DNA of 64,000 nt from an uncultured Myxococcales bacterium (GCA_903883645.1 CAISBR010000081.1:2833-66832), one strand, 5' to 3'; shown: positions 38,001-46,512, counted from the stretch's first letter. A program made the numbers and translations. The notes: generated from the letters alone by a model not told the origin.

Positions 38001-39572
38001 GTCAATAAAGTCAACAAACATGCCAACTTGCGGACCCATGCCAAACCGCAGCCCACCGCGCCACAGCACCCGCGGCAGCTTTTGCGCAATCATCTTCAGC
38101 GGCGCATCGCGGACGAGGTCCAGGTCGGCGTCGAGCGCCACATCCAGGTCGAGCGGCTGGCCGTCGGGCAAGTGCGTCCGGGTATATGTGCCTAAAGTGC
38201 CTGTAATATAACCACTAGCTAGCAGCGGGGTAATGCCACCCAGCTTGATCGCCTCGTCGAGCAGGGGCGCATCGCCGCGCACATGGTCGATCGCGAAAAT
38301 ACCCCGCGTAATGTGCTCGGGGCGCTCGAGGTCCATGCGATAGTCGACCCGCTCAGAGCGGATGTGTCCACCATAGGCCGCTATGCCGATATTGCGCGTA
38401 ATTACACGAACTAGCGAGTCACCAGGCGGTCCCGTCTCGACTCGCACCTCGCCGCGCACCGCCTCGGCATGGAAGCCCGACATGAGCCCGCGCCCCAGAA
38501 TGTGGCATTCGGTCCAAAAGCCGACGTTCGGGTCGAAATGGAACTGCCCAGTCGCCTGCGCCTCGGCGTCGAACAAACGCCCCAACATATCACGAATAAA
38601 CGAGGACTTACTCGATGTCGTCAGCAGCAACCGATCGCCATGCACCATGATCTCGGGCTGTAGCTGCACCACGACCCGCGCCCTCGACAGGGAGGTAATC
38701 GGTTCTTGCAGCGGCTGTTCCAGCGTCGCCGGCGGCATCTGACAGCTCACGCCCGTCACCACCATCTCGCGCAAATCGCCAACGGCCGACTCGGCTTGCA
38801 GCGATCCGGGCGGAATCGCCGGCAGCCGCCGCATCGAGTCAATCGTGGTCTGCGCGTAGGCGGCAACGATGTGGCGCGCGTCGAACTGCACATCCACCGG
38901 CTCGGGCCGCCCCGGCTCAATCGTGACCGCGGCCCCCGGACTGTCGAAGTAAATGCCGCGACTGTCGATGCTCATAGACGGCAAGTCCATGATATAGCGA
39001 CCATCTGTAACCACAGTCTTGCCCAGCCGCACATATACCGGCAGCGGCTTGGGGTTCGGCTTGGGCGGCTCATTCGGATCGACAAAAATGCTGTTGAGTC
39101 GAAGCCTTCCAAGCTGATCTGTGTCGAGTTGCAGCAGTGGCTTGTCGAGCACCACCCGCGGCAGGGTCAGACGCAGCGCCCCGGCCCGCAGACCATCGAT
39201 TAGGCGCGCCGGAGCCATGTCCACTTCGGCCCGCTCCGCGGCAATCAGCACCGCGCCACCCGGCTCGCGCATTTCGAGCCCTCGGGTCTGCAGCCGCACC
39301 CGCAGCTCACCATCGGCAAGCACAGGACCAACGTGCAAAAACTGCACACGCAGAGAACCAGGCAGGATTTCGCTTACGACCCGGCTAGCCACCGCCGCCA
39401 TCGACGGCGAATTGACGGTCAGATAGGCGCCGAGCAGCAGCCAGACCAGGCCCACCAGCGCTTGAATGGTCGCCAAGTACGCCAACTGCCCGACACGACG
39501 CAAGCGGCGCCGAATCAAGGACTTGCTGACTGTACGGGCGATCTTATCGGCCAAGCAAACTCCACCGGACAC
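35073..39572 (-). CDS. TamB/AsmA-like translocation-assembly module protein
   Basis: N-terminal TM anchor, long beta-rich body, C-terminal GTLDFNGD..P.L segment; directly upstream of the Omp85 gene. Confidence 0.8.
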   Translation of the reverse strand: MSGGVCLADKIARTVSKSLIRRRLRRVGQLAYLATIQALVGLVWLLLGAYLTVNSPSMAAVASRVVSEILPGSLRVQFLHVGPVLADGELRVRLQTRGLEMREPGGAVLIAAERAEVDMAPARLIDGLRAGALRLTLPRVVLDKPLLQLDTDQLGRLRLNSIFVDPNEPPKPNPKPLPVYVRLGKTVVTDGRYIMDLPSMSIDSRGIYFDSPGAAVTIEPGRPEPVDVQFDARHIVAAYAQTTIDSMRRLPAIPPGSLQAESAVGDLREMVVTGVSCQMPPATLEQPLQEPITSLSRARVVVQLQPEIMVHGDRLLLTTSSKSSFIRDMLGRLFDAEAQATGQFHFDPNVGFWTECHILGRGLMSGFHAEAVRGEVRVETGPPGDSLVRVITRNIGIAAYGGHIRSERVDYRMDLERPEHITRGIFAIDHVRGDAPLLDEAIKLGGITPLLASGYITGTLGTYTRTHLPDGQPLDLDVALDADLDLVRDAPLKMIAQKLPRVLWRGGLRFGMGPQVGMFVDFIDSELRTEDAEQSGAQTAALHCDGRLDLSGDTTNLRADLAIPQLEDWLAPLGIADVAGAVRLEGGRIEGALLRPGVLGRVSVDDLAAYGYKVRHGTAMLGIRGGEVALTGLRASTDIGDVSGDLRMGLFGASLGELAAERPLRIDHLTVRQVDLGKLLARWRVAGITGQGDLSGGQLSADLGHFMPSLRFSGDVALQGVHAYGEWFDRGGGHVEQHGLVTVLPNARLRLRGSPVDGSADIQTVGRFDLATKRLDIDVALPETRFKQFSWLENLPMPGTVAATIKLSGDGKDLSLAAGVDIKGLGWDAIELGSAHLDLEKAPLGPLLLKSDHFFESFKLLSGSEVNFKGWLPTTSTLRIGTENPLDPFERLGLPRPQGIAVRVEGEVAVEMALQNSKFDWRVETIVPAAGLWLDPGGGARPIRNTKAAVIGISADKITLGGTYFELNRSGIEVCGEWRYPHDDEPAALLGFVAGTFDIQRFGALSQSLSDLDLRLNVLRDPVVAADPRANCLEAAAAGGGMLRVDGPLDRLHVQALLETETGRVALRRFGHDITIQDGARLQIATSPRGVMTVAIPLDHELKGQVDDGHFTVSGRASLVDLQLDSVYARLWAGDIPYAVPKEYQMLISPDLVLSGNRLRDLANRDLRLAGDVHIGEGSYYRSFDQISSVLGNAGDRKVETYSKPITETMPWLAELGLDLKVHGKNFEVASRVPGGKADLVTEFDMRVSGNLSNLQVHDRLRVVEGSGSQISASLNNLIFEVVSGTLDFNGDATKPYLEAMARTDIPVRAGTRTGTMASTLGTDLTTDANQLDEIVQVFVQVKGVFGDRRNFTFHLTSNKGDTEADCMCLIAARRRCNDQGTGGTRLTTDFFFGEALNTVVTGLLKSVVDTVQIDFDPVNLGVSADVTKKLGKSIALGTRVQTGKENRYNANFSFRITDRLSLNGLWRRQKLLDSSSSQETSVDVYESKLRYKVPLSDE

Positions 39573-39638
39573 GCCGCGACACCTTGGACGCGCGGGCCTC
39601 CGCCTGCAGTCTAGCCTTTTGGCGGAAACGGGCCAACT

Positions 39639-39864
39639 TTACGGCGAAAAATGCGAATTGGGGCGTCTTTTGGACCACCACCGCAGGGCAACGGCGAGCA
39701 CTCGGCAAGCGACCGCGACAACCGCCCAAAACTCCACGTCTTGCTCCAGGTAGACCACGCCCTGCTCAGCGTCGAAGTAGCGACCTTCGCTGTTGTACGG
39801 CAGGCGAGCGGCAGTGAAGCCCAGCCAGGCGGCCACCACGGTCACCCCAGCTGCAAGCCAAAAT
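39639..39864 (-). pseudogene. 3' fragment of a small two-TM membrane protein
   Basis: TM-RLPYNSEGRYFDAEQGVVYLEQ-TM. Upstream of 39864 the frame is only the antisense of the DUF1566 gene; no credible start. Confidence 0.45.
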
Positions 39865-40854
39865 ACCGACTGGCGACTGCCGACGATCAAGGAACTGTAC
39901 TCGTTGATGCGCTTTGACGGCACCGATCCGCCTGTCGACTGCGGCGATACGTCGAAGCTCGTTGCGTTTATCGACACGAACTTCTTCACCTTTGCCTATG
40001 GACCGGGCACCAGCGCGACCCACATCAACGACCGGCTCATCGACGCGCAATACGCCTCGGCGACGGAGTGCGTCAGCGACCGCGCCCTGATGAAGCGAGC
40101 GTTCGGGCTGAATCTAGCCGATGGACGGATCAAGTCGTACCCGCAGGAGACCGTTGTTTTGCCGCAGGAAAGCTGGGACATGACGTTTTTTGTCAAGTAC
40201 GTCCGCAGCGGCAACGGCAGCTACGGCAAAAACAGCTTTGTCGACAACAAAGACGGGACGATTGCCGACACAGCGACAGGCCTGCTGTGGGCCAAGGACG
40301 ACAGCGGTAAGGGCCTCAACTGGCAAGAAGCGCTGGCGTGGGTGCAGGCGAAAAACGCTGAAAACTACAAGGGACACGCGGACTGGCGATTGCCGAATGC
40401 CAAGGAACTGCAGAGCATTGTCGACTACACGCGCTCGCCGTCTACGACCAACTCGCCGGCGATCGATGCGCTGTTCAACACGTCGACCGTAAAGGATGAG
40501 GCGGGCGACTCGGACTATCCGTTCTTCTGGGCCGGCACGACGCACCAGTCGATGGACGCGTCGAAGGCGATCAGCGGAGGGAGCGCGGTCTACATCGCTT
40601 TTGGCAAGGCTCTCGGGTACTTCAGCATCGATTCGCTCAACGGCGACACGGGCGGCAGCCAAGGACCCGTCGCCTGCACCACCCAGAGCGACTGCTCGGC
40701 CGCCAACGCCTGCCCACCCGATGCCACCAAGGGCTGCGGCTGCACCGCGGGCCCGAGCGGCAAGGCGTGCATCCCCAAGTGCGGCGTCGCGAGCGATTGC
40801 CCCAAAGGGCCCGGAATCACGTTCAAGTGCACCTCGGGGTATTGCACTCCGTGA
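39864..40854 (+). pseudogene. 5'-truncated DUF1566 (Lcl C-terminal domain) protein with Cys-rich tail
   Basis: Begins mid-domain at TDWRLPTIKELYSL; second domain DNKDGTIADTATGLLW..WQEAL..DWRLPNAKELQSIVDY; no RBS, ATG or signal peptide. Confidence 0.65.
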
Positions 40855-40924
40855 TGACGAGCGAGCGAGTGGCACTGCGGCCGTCGACCGGCGATGATGC
40901 GCCGCGGCAGAGGGGAAGGCTGGG

Positions 40925-41470
40925 TTGAACGAAGTCGAGCTCACAGCGCGGGTGCTGGCGGCACGGAGCGGGGATCGGGCCGCGCAAGAGGCGCTGGTCC
41001 AGGCCTTTTTGCGGCCGGCGTACGCTGTCGCGCTGGGCGTGCTGCGCAATGTGGCCGATGCCGAAGATACCGCGCAAGAGTCGCTGCTCAGGGCACTGCG
41101 AACCCTAGACCAGTGCCGCGAGCCGGCGCACTTTGCGGCGTGGCTGCTCAAGTCGGTGCGCCATCGCGCCCTGAGCGTCGTGCAGCAGCGTGGGAATCGG
41201 ACTCGCCTTTTGGGTACGCTGCCGCCAGGTCCCGATGTCGCGCCCGCCCCGCTGGCCGCGCGGCAACGGCTCATTGCGGCGCTCGAAGTGTTGAACCCGG
41301 CGCAGCGCGAGGTGGTCTTGCTGCACGATCTGCAAGATTGGACGCACGCAGAGATCGCCGCTGCGCTCGAGATCTCGGAGACAATGTCGCGCCAGCACCT
41401 GTTTGTGGCGCGGCGGGCGATGCGCAAACATCTGGATGACGGAACAGGCAAGGAGGTTGTGGATGGATGA
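40925..41470 (+). CDS. ECF sigma factor
   Basis: GDRAAQEALV, DAEDTAQE, FAAWL, QREVVLLHD..THAEIAAAL. Confidence 0.9.
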   Translation: MNEVELTARVLAARSGDRAAQEALVQAFLRPAYAVALGVLRNVADAEDTAQESLLRALRTLDQCREPAHFAAWLLKSVRHRALSVVQQRGNRTRLLGTLPPGPDVAPAPLAARQRLIAALEVLNPAQREVVLLHDLQDWTHAEIAAALEISETMSRQHLFVARRAMRKHLDDGTGKEVVDG

Positions 41471-41789
41471 CGACCGCATCGACTTTACGGCGCTCGATCC
41501 GTGGCGAGAGGCCCAACAGGTTCAGGCGCTTAGCAAAAGCATTGTCGAGGAGCACCGAGCTGCGACGGAGCGCATGCCGCTTTACGCGCTGCTGGTGTCG
41601 CTGGCCCCGCGCGGTGTGCTCACGGCCGCGCTGGCAACCGCGCTGATCTGGTTGCTGCCGAGCTTAATGCCGCACGAGCCGCCTGCAACCGCGCCGACCA
41701 CCGCCACCTTGGCGCACTGGATGGAGCGCGGCCAGGTGCCAAGTGGGGTAGAGCTGCTCAAGCTTGCCGAGGTTTTGCATGAAAAGTGA
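41463..41789 (+). CDS. Putative single-TM anti-sigma factor
   Basis: AGGAGG RBS; overlaps the sigma stop; one TM helix. Confidence 0.65.
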   Translation: MDDDRIDFTALDPWREAQQVQALSKSIVEEHRAATERMPLYALLVSLAPRGVLTAALATALIWLLPSLMPHEPPATAPTTATLAHWMERGQVPSGVELLKLAEVLHEK

Positions 41790-42168
41790 GCGCCAACCGA
41801 GTTCGCGGCTTTGGCTCGCCGTGCTGACCCTGGTCGCCGTCTTTGCGCTGGGTGTGGTCGCTGGCCTGGGCTTGGCGTACACGTTTCGGCCGCCACCGCC
41901 GCCGGACTACTTGGCGCGCGAGCCCGATGGCGTGCTGCCGCCGTTCGACCGGCTTGGTCTGAGTGCCGCGCAAAAAGCCCAGGCCCGCACGATCGTGCAG
42001 CGGCACGCGGCGGCGATGGAGGATGCGCTGCACGTGGCGTTTCCCAAGATGCGCGCGGTGCGGCTGCAGCTCGACGCCGACATGCGCACCATCCTGACCC
42101 CAGAGCAGAACAAGCAGCTCGACGCCTTTTTGGCGACGAATCCACCGATGCCCGGCGAGCCGCGGTAG
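41779..42168 (+). CDS. Periplasmic Spy/CpxP/heavy-metal-sensor-like protein
   Basis: TM segment, then LGLSAAQ..ILTPEQ (LTxxQ) motifs; third gene of the ECF unit. Confidence 0.7.
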   Translation: MKSERQPSSRLWLAVLTLVAVFALGVVAGLGLAYTFRPPPPPDYLAREPDGVLPPFDRLGLSAAQKAQARTIVQRHAAAMEDALHVAFPKMRAVRLQLDADMRTILTPEQNKQLDAFLATNPPMPGEPR

Positions 42169-42191
42169 TTCAAATTTCTCCGCGCACCGCC

Positions 42192-42218
42192 TAACGCTAG
42201 CACCCTTTGAGCGGTCTA
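42192..42218 (+). promoter_or_regulatory. Possible ECF-type promoter for the multicopper oxidase
   Basis: TAACG-N17-GTCTA resembles the AAC...GTC pattern of ECF promoters; about 45 bp before the ATG. Confidence 0.3.
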
Positions 42219-42262
42219 CTAGCGGGGTGCAGTTCCGCACTCTCGTCACCAAGGACACATCT

Positions 42263-43822
42263 ATGCCCATGCCCACTTCTCGTCGCCGTCGCTTGCTTTT
42301 GTGGCTGAGCGGCACGGTTTTCGCCGTCACCGCCTGCGGCAGCGATCCTGCGCCCACCAGCAGCGCCAAAGCCGACACGACCGACGGCATGGGCGGCATG
42401 GACATGAGCTATGTCGACTCGACCACCGGCGACATTCCCCCGTTCGACGGCACGACGATTACGCCCAAACTGCCTGGAACGCTGTGGATTCCGCCCGCGC
42501 TGGCTGCCAAGTCGTTCAATCTGAACCTAGCCAAGACCACCAAGCAGCTGCGTACCGGCGCGGCGACGGCCACGTACGGCTACAACGGCGCGGACTTTTG
42601 GGGGCCGACGCTCATCATGAAGAAGGGCGACCACGTCAAGCTGAACGTAACCAATAACCTAGCTGCCGACACGACGACGCACTGGCACGGGCTCCACCTG
42701 CCCGCAGCGATGGACGGCGGGCCGCACCAAGTTATCGCGCCGGGAGCGACCTGGTCGCCCGAGTTCGACGTCATGAACCACGCAGCGCTGTTCTGGTATC
42801 ACCCGCACATGCACGAGCACACCAAGGAGCAGCTGGCTTACGGTGCGGGCGGTTTCATCCTGATTCAAGACGACGAAGAGGCCAAGCTGGCGCTGCCGCG
42901 GAGCTACGGCGTCGATGACATTCCGATTGTCTTTAGCAGCCGCCGCTTTACCACCGACAACCAGTTTGATCTCACGGGCGAATACGGCGACTACCTGATG
43001 GCCAACGGCATCATCGACGCGACTACGACGTTGCCGGCGCAGGTGGTGCGGCTGCGGCTGCTCAACGCCGAGACCGAGCGCAGCTACATGGTGGGCTTTG
43101 CCGATGGGCGCACGTTCCAGCTCATCGGCACCGACGGTGGCCTGCTCGATGCACCTGTGCCGCTGCAAAAGCTGATGCTGTCTGCGGGTGAGCGCGTCGA
43201 GATTCTGCTCGATCTGTCGAAGGATGCGCCCGGGGCGACGCTGGCGATGCAGGCCTTTAACGGCGGATTCTCGCTCGGCTTTCCGGGCGGTGAGCCGGCG
43301 AGCAGCGGCCAATTCGGCAGCCTGCTAAACAACAAGACGTTCGACATGCTCAAGATCACTGTGGGCGCCGCAACGACCGGCGCGGTCACAACAATCCCCG
43401 CTGCGCTCGTCAAGAACACCTACTGGACCGCCGCCGACGCAACCAACAGCCGCACGCTCAAGGTCACCGACAAGGGCCCCGGCACGCCGTTCACCTTTGA
43501 CAACGCGAGCTACAACATGGACACCATCAACCAGACCGTGGCGCTGAACGCCATCGAGAAGTGGACCATCACCAACGACCAAGTCTTTGGCCACGTGTTC
43601 CACATCCACGACGTACAGTTTAAGATCGTGTCGCGGAGCTCGGGGAAGGTCGACGCGTGGGAACAGGGCTGGAAAGACACGGTATTTTTGCCGATCAACG
43701 AATCCGTAAGCTTTGTCGCCAAGTTTGACGACTTTGCCAGCGCGACCGACCCGTACATGTACCACTGCCACATGGCCAACCACGAGGACGGCGGGTTGAT
43801 GGGGCAGTTCTTAGTAAAATAG
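42263..43822 (+). CDS. Multicopper oxidase (CueO/laccase-like lipoprotein)
   Basis: HWHG, WYHPH, HVFHIH, HCHMANHED copper motifs; RRRR signal plus VTAC lipobox; AAGGA RBS. Confidence 0.93.
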   Translation: MPMPTSRRRRLLLWLSGTVFAVTACGSDPAPTSSAKADTTDGMGGMDMSYVDSTTGDIPPFDGTTITPKLPGTLWIPPALAAKSFNLNLAKTTKQLRTGAATATYGYNGADFWGPTLIMKKGDHVKLNVTNNLAADTTTHWHGLHLPAAMDGGPHQVIAPGATWSPEFDVMNHAALFWYHPHMHEHTKEQLAYGAGGFILIQDDEEAKLALPRSYGVDDIPIVFSSRRFTTDNQFDLTGEYGDYLMANGIIDATTTLPAQVVRLRLLNAETERSYMVGFADGRTFQLIGTDGGLLDAPVPLQKLMLSAGERVEILLDLSKDAPGATLAMQAFNGGFSLGFPGGEPASSGQFGSLLNNKTFDMLKITVGAATTGAVTTIPAALVKNTYWTAADATNSRTLKVTDKGPGTPFTFDNASYNMDTINQTVALNAIEKWTITNDQVFGHVFHIHDVQFKIVSRSSGKVDAWEQGWKDTVFLPINESVSFVAKFDDFASATDPYMYHCHMANHEDGGLMGQFLVK

Positions 43823-43845
43823 CGACAAATTCAAGGGGTTTGTAG

Positions 43846-44553
43846 ATGCATCGTTTTGCTCCTGCGCTTTTGGCGCTCCTTGTTGCATGTAGCGATTCAA
43901 GCGCCGCCAACACGGCCGACAGCAGCGGTGGCGACAGCTCCGCAGCGGGCAAGCGCAATTCCCGCTACTGCGAAATCCTGTTCGGCAGCATTGGCGCAGG
44001 CGCGGTGCACATCGATGTGTACTCGACCGAAGGCCTGAACAGCTGCCCCGACGCCGCGTGGAAAGCCCTGGATACTTCAGCGCTAAAGGCCGCGGCGGGT
44101 GCGGATATCGTGGTGCTGAACGGTCCGCGGTACTGGATGCTCGATTCGCTGGCCGGGTCGGTGCTGCAAGACACCGCGGTCAAGTCCTTTGGCGGCATCG
44201 GCATGCGCATCGCGGGCAAGATCGAAGTGCCGCTGGCCGACCTGTCGAAGATGCAGCAGCCGTATGCGCTGCACATGATTCACCGGCAGAGCGCGTTCCA
44301 CTGGCTGGCCGGGCAGCCGGCGTACGAGCTGCACGACGCGAGTGGCCACGCGTATGTGATGCAGTCGTATAGCGCGCAGAAAATGGCGTTAACTATCGAG
44401 GATTTGGCCGGTCTAGCGACGAAGCTGACGGCGCTGCCGACCGGCTGGAGCTATGCGCCGCGGACCCTGGATAAGGGCCTAGATCTGCTGGCGACTGCCG
44501 GCGACGCCACGGTCGTGCAAGATGAGCTGGGCAATACGTATTCGATGGAGTGA
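43846..44553 (+). CDS. Hypothetical lipoprotein
   Basis: LVAC lipobox; RYCEIL, GLNSCP, NGPRYW, YVMQSY, QDELGNTY look like conserved blocks. Confidence 0.75.
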   Translation: MHRFAPALLALLVACSDSSAANTADSSGGDSSAAGKRNSRYCEILFGSIGAGAVHIDVYSTEGLNSCPDAAWKALDTSALKAAAGADIVVLNGPRYWMLDSLAGSVLQDTAVKSFGGIGMRIAGKIEVPLADLSKMQQPYALHMIHRQSAFHWLAGQPAYELHDASGHAYVMQSYSAQKMALTIEDLAGLATKLTALPTGWSYAPRTLDKGLDLLATAGDATVVQDELGNTYSME

Positions 44554-44568
44554 CGGGGGGCGATGTCT

Positions 44569-44586
44569 TGTCCCCGTTCCGATCTA
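44569..44586. repeat. Partial copy of the TA-module arm
   Basis: TGTCCCCGTTccGATCTA versus TGTCCCCGTTgaGATCTA at 45409-45426; both include the higA stop. Confidence 0.7.
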
Positions 44587-44889
44587 GGCCGCCGCCGGCT
44601 TCAGCACATGCACTTCGCCCAGAATCCGCGCCTCCGCCTCATCACGCTGCCGTTCCAGGTCGTACCGCGACTGCAGGTTCATCCACAGCTCCGCCGACGT
44701 GCCGAAGAACCGCGCCAACCGCAACGCCGTGTCCGCACTGATGCCACGAATGCCGTGCACGATCTCGTTGACCCGCCGCGGCGGCACGGCGATGTCCTTG
44801 GCCAAACGGTACTGCGACACACCGAGCGGCAGCAGGAAGTCTTCGAGCAGCACTTCGCCCGGGTGAATCGGCGCCAGTTTGTCGTTCAT
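44584..44889 (-). CDS. higA: HigA antitoxin (HTH-XRE)
   Basis: PIHPGEVLLEDFL, RVNEIVHG.R.ISADTALRL, FWMNLQ-type ELWMNLQSRYD. Confidence 0.93.
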   Translation of the reverse strand: MNDKLAPIHPGEVLLEDFLLPLGVSQYRLAKDIAVPPRRVNEIVHGIRGISADTALRLARFFGTSAELWMNLQSRYDLERQRDEAEARILGEVHVLKPAAA

Positions 44890-44900
44890 GGTTGACTCCT

Positions 44901-45182
44901 TCAGTGATAGTCCACGATTTCAACCGATTCAGCGCCGCCGGCCGTCCACAGGAAGCACACGCGCCACTGGTCGTTGATACGGATGCTGTGCTTCCCCACA
45001 CGGTCGCCGCTCAAGGCTTCCAGCCGATTGCCGGGCGGCACACGGAGATCGTCCAGCGCAATCGCCGCGTCCAGGTGCACCAACTTGCGCAGCGCCGTCC
45101 GCTGGATGTCGGGCGGCAGTTTACGCACCCGCTCGCGGCGGAAGAGCTTCTCGGTTTCGATGTCGGCGAAGGACCGGATCAT
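44901..45182 (-). CDS. higB: HigB toxin (RelE superfamily)
   Basis: MIRSF, DLRVPPGNRLEALSGDR.G.HSIRINDQWRVCF, VEIVDYH. Confidence 0.93.
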   Translation of the reverse strand: MIRSFADIETEKLFRRERVRKLPPDIQRTALRKLVHLDAAIALDDLRVPPGNRLEALSGDRVGKHSIRINDQWRVCFLWTAGGAESVEIVDYH

Positions 45183-45188
45183 GGCCAC

Positions 45189-45217
45189 ATAATAACGGGG
45201 CCCGGTAGTAACGGCAA
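45189..45217 (-). promoter_or_regulatory. sigma70 promoter of higBA-1
   Basis: TTGCCG-N17-TATTAT, 6 nt before the ATG. Confidence 0.7.
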
Positions 45218-45343
45218 GCGTTCATACCATCCCAGCCACCAGCGCTGCGGGCAGAACGTCCCAGACCTGTGTACAAGCGCGGCCAGTGGCCCACAGCATT
45301 CGCTGAAAGATCGTCGGCCAGAACGTCGCGCAATGTTTCGATT

Positions 45344-45417
45344 TCACACATTAAACCGGTGTTTGGCTAGCTCGTGGTTTCAATGGGTTGTGGCGGTTTT
45401 CCCCGTTTTGTCCCCGT
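45344..45417. repeat. att-like site: copy of ychF 3' end plus conserved arm
   Basis: TCACACATTAAACCGG is identical to 47180-47195; followed by TTTCAATGGGTTG and TTTCCCCGTTTTGTCCCCG shared with 46212-46284. Confidence 0.88.
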
Positions 45418-45423
45418 TGAGAT

Positions 45424-45711
45424 CTACGCCGCATCCCGCAGAAGCTTGACCGCTTTGCCAGGCCGCGTCCGGCCCAAATCATGCGCGGCCTGCAGGTTCA
45501 TCCAGAACTCTGGCGTCGTGCCCAAAGCCTGCGACAACAGCCACGCCGTCTCGGGCGTAACGCCCCGCTTGCCCTTGACCAACTCGTTCACCCGCTGCAC
45601 CGGCACGCCCAGGTGGGCGGCAAACGCGACCTGGGTCACGCCGAGCGGGGCCAAGAACTCTTCAAGCAGGATTTCGCCCGGATGCGTCGGCGTACGGTTC
45701 TGCGGCAACAT
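45424..45711 (-). CDS. higA: HigA antitoxin
   Basis: PTHPGEILLEEFL, RVNELVKGKRGVTPETA, FWMNLQ. Confidence 0.93.
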   Translation of the reverse strand: MLPQNRTPTHPGEILLEEFLAPLGVTQVAFAAHLGVPVQRVNELVKGKRGVTPETAWLLSQALGTTPEFWMNLQAAHDLGRTRPGKAVKLLRDAA

Positions 45712-45720
45712 CTTGACCTC

Positions 45721-46011
45721 CTAATGGTAGTCCACCAGCTTCACATCATCGGCTTGACCGTCGACCCAGCGCAAGATGATCCGCCACTGGTCGTTCACAC
45801 GAATGCTCAACCAGCCTTCCAGGTCGCCATGCAAGGCTTCCAAGCGGTTGCCGGGTGGCGAACGCAGATCCTGAACGGCTGCTGCCGCCACGATCATGTC
45901 CAACTTGCGGGCGGTCGCCTTGACGAGTGCCGCATCGAGCCGCCTGACCTCGCGGGTCGCGTGGCCGTGGAACACGTCCTCAGTGCGTTGGTCGCCAAAG
46001 CTGCGGGTCAC
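45721..46011 (-). CDS. higB: HigB toxin
   Basis: DLRSPPGNRLEALHGD..SIRVNDQWRI, VKLVDYH. Confidence 0.92.
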   Translation of the reverse strand: MTRSFGDQRTEDVFHGHATREVRRLDAALVKATARKLDMIVAAAAVQDLRSPPGNRLEALHGDLEGWLSIRVNDQWRIILRWVDGQADDVKLVDYH

Positions 46012-46047
46012 GCCGGTCTCGTCGCCGCCAAAATGCGGCTTGGCTTC

Positions 46048-46076
46048 AAGATAGCGGATACACGGATACCGTGCAA
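46048..46076 (-). promoter_or_regulatory. sigma70 promoter of higBA-2
   Basis: TTGCAC-N17-TATCTT. Confidence 0.6.
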
Positions 46077-46211
46077 GCGTGATAACGTGTTGACCCAGTG
46101 AAGCCGATCAACCGGCCCGAATTCGATCCCCGCTGCGGGACACGCCAGGCAGTGCGGGGAGGTGATTTGGCAAGGCGCATGTGTTGTAAGTATCTGAAAT
46201 TACGCGATTCA

Positions 46212-46284
46212 CTACACATTAAACCGATGTTTCGCGGCGTAGTGATTTCATGGGGTTGCGGGCGGTTTCCCCGTTTTGTCCCCG
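46212..46284. repeat. att-like site: second copy of ychF 3' end plus conserved arm
   Basis: CTACACATTAAACCG (R-F-N-V-TAG on the minus strand), then TTTCATGGGGTTG and TTTCCCCGTTTTGTCCCCG. Confidence 0.88.
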
Positions 46285-46290
46285 GTGCGG

Positions 46291-46512
46291 TCAAAGATGC
46301 TTCCGGAGTTCCTTCTCGTCGAGGCCGAACAGCAGACACGCCTTGCGGATGTAAATCTCAGCAATTTCAGTCTTGTCGCCGTGGCTCGCGGGAATCGGGT
46401 AGGTCTTGCCGTCCTTGGCCAGTTTCCAATGCGAACCACCGCCGGTTGGCGGCGTGGCTTCGACGCCAAACTGCTCAAACGCTCGTTTGACGTTGCGAAA
46501 ACGCGGAGGCAT
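46291..46512 (-). CDS. hicA: HicA-family toxin
   Basis: 73 aa, basic; GGGSHWKL catalytic His motif; IPASHG. Confidence 0.8.
   Translation of the reverse strand: MPPRFRNVKRAFEQFGVEATPPTGGGSHWKLAKDGKTYPIPASHGDKTEIAEIYIRKACLLFGLDEKELRKHL

Noticed and set aside
45341-45368. Reading the repeats as Xer dif/pdif sites
   Set aside because: Only a partial XerD-like half (ATTTCACACAT) in one copy; no XerC half at 6-bp spacing.
45344-46284. Reading the inter-TA repeats as integron attC sites
   Set aside because: No consistent RYYYAAC...GTTRRRY ends, no internal palindrome and no intI; the core is instead identical to the ychF 3' end.
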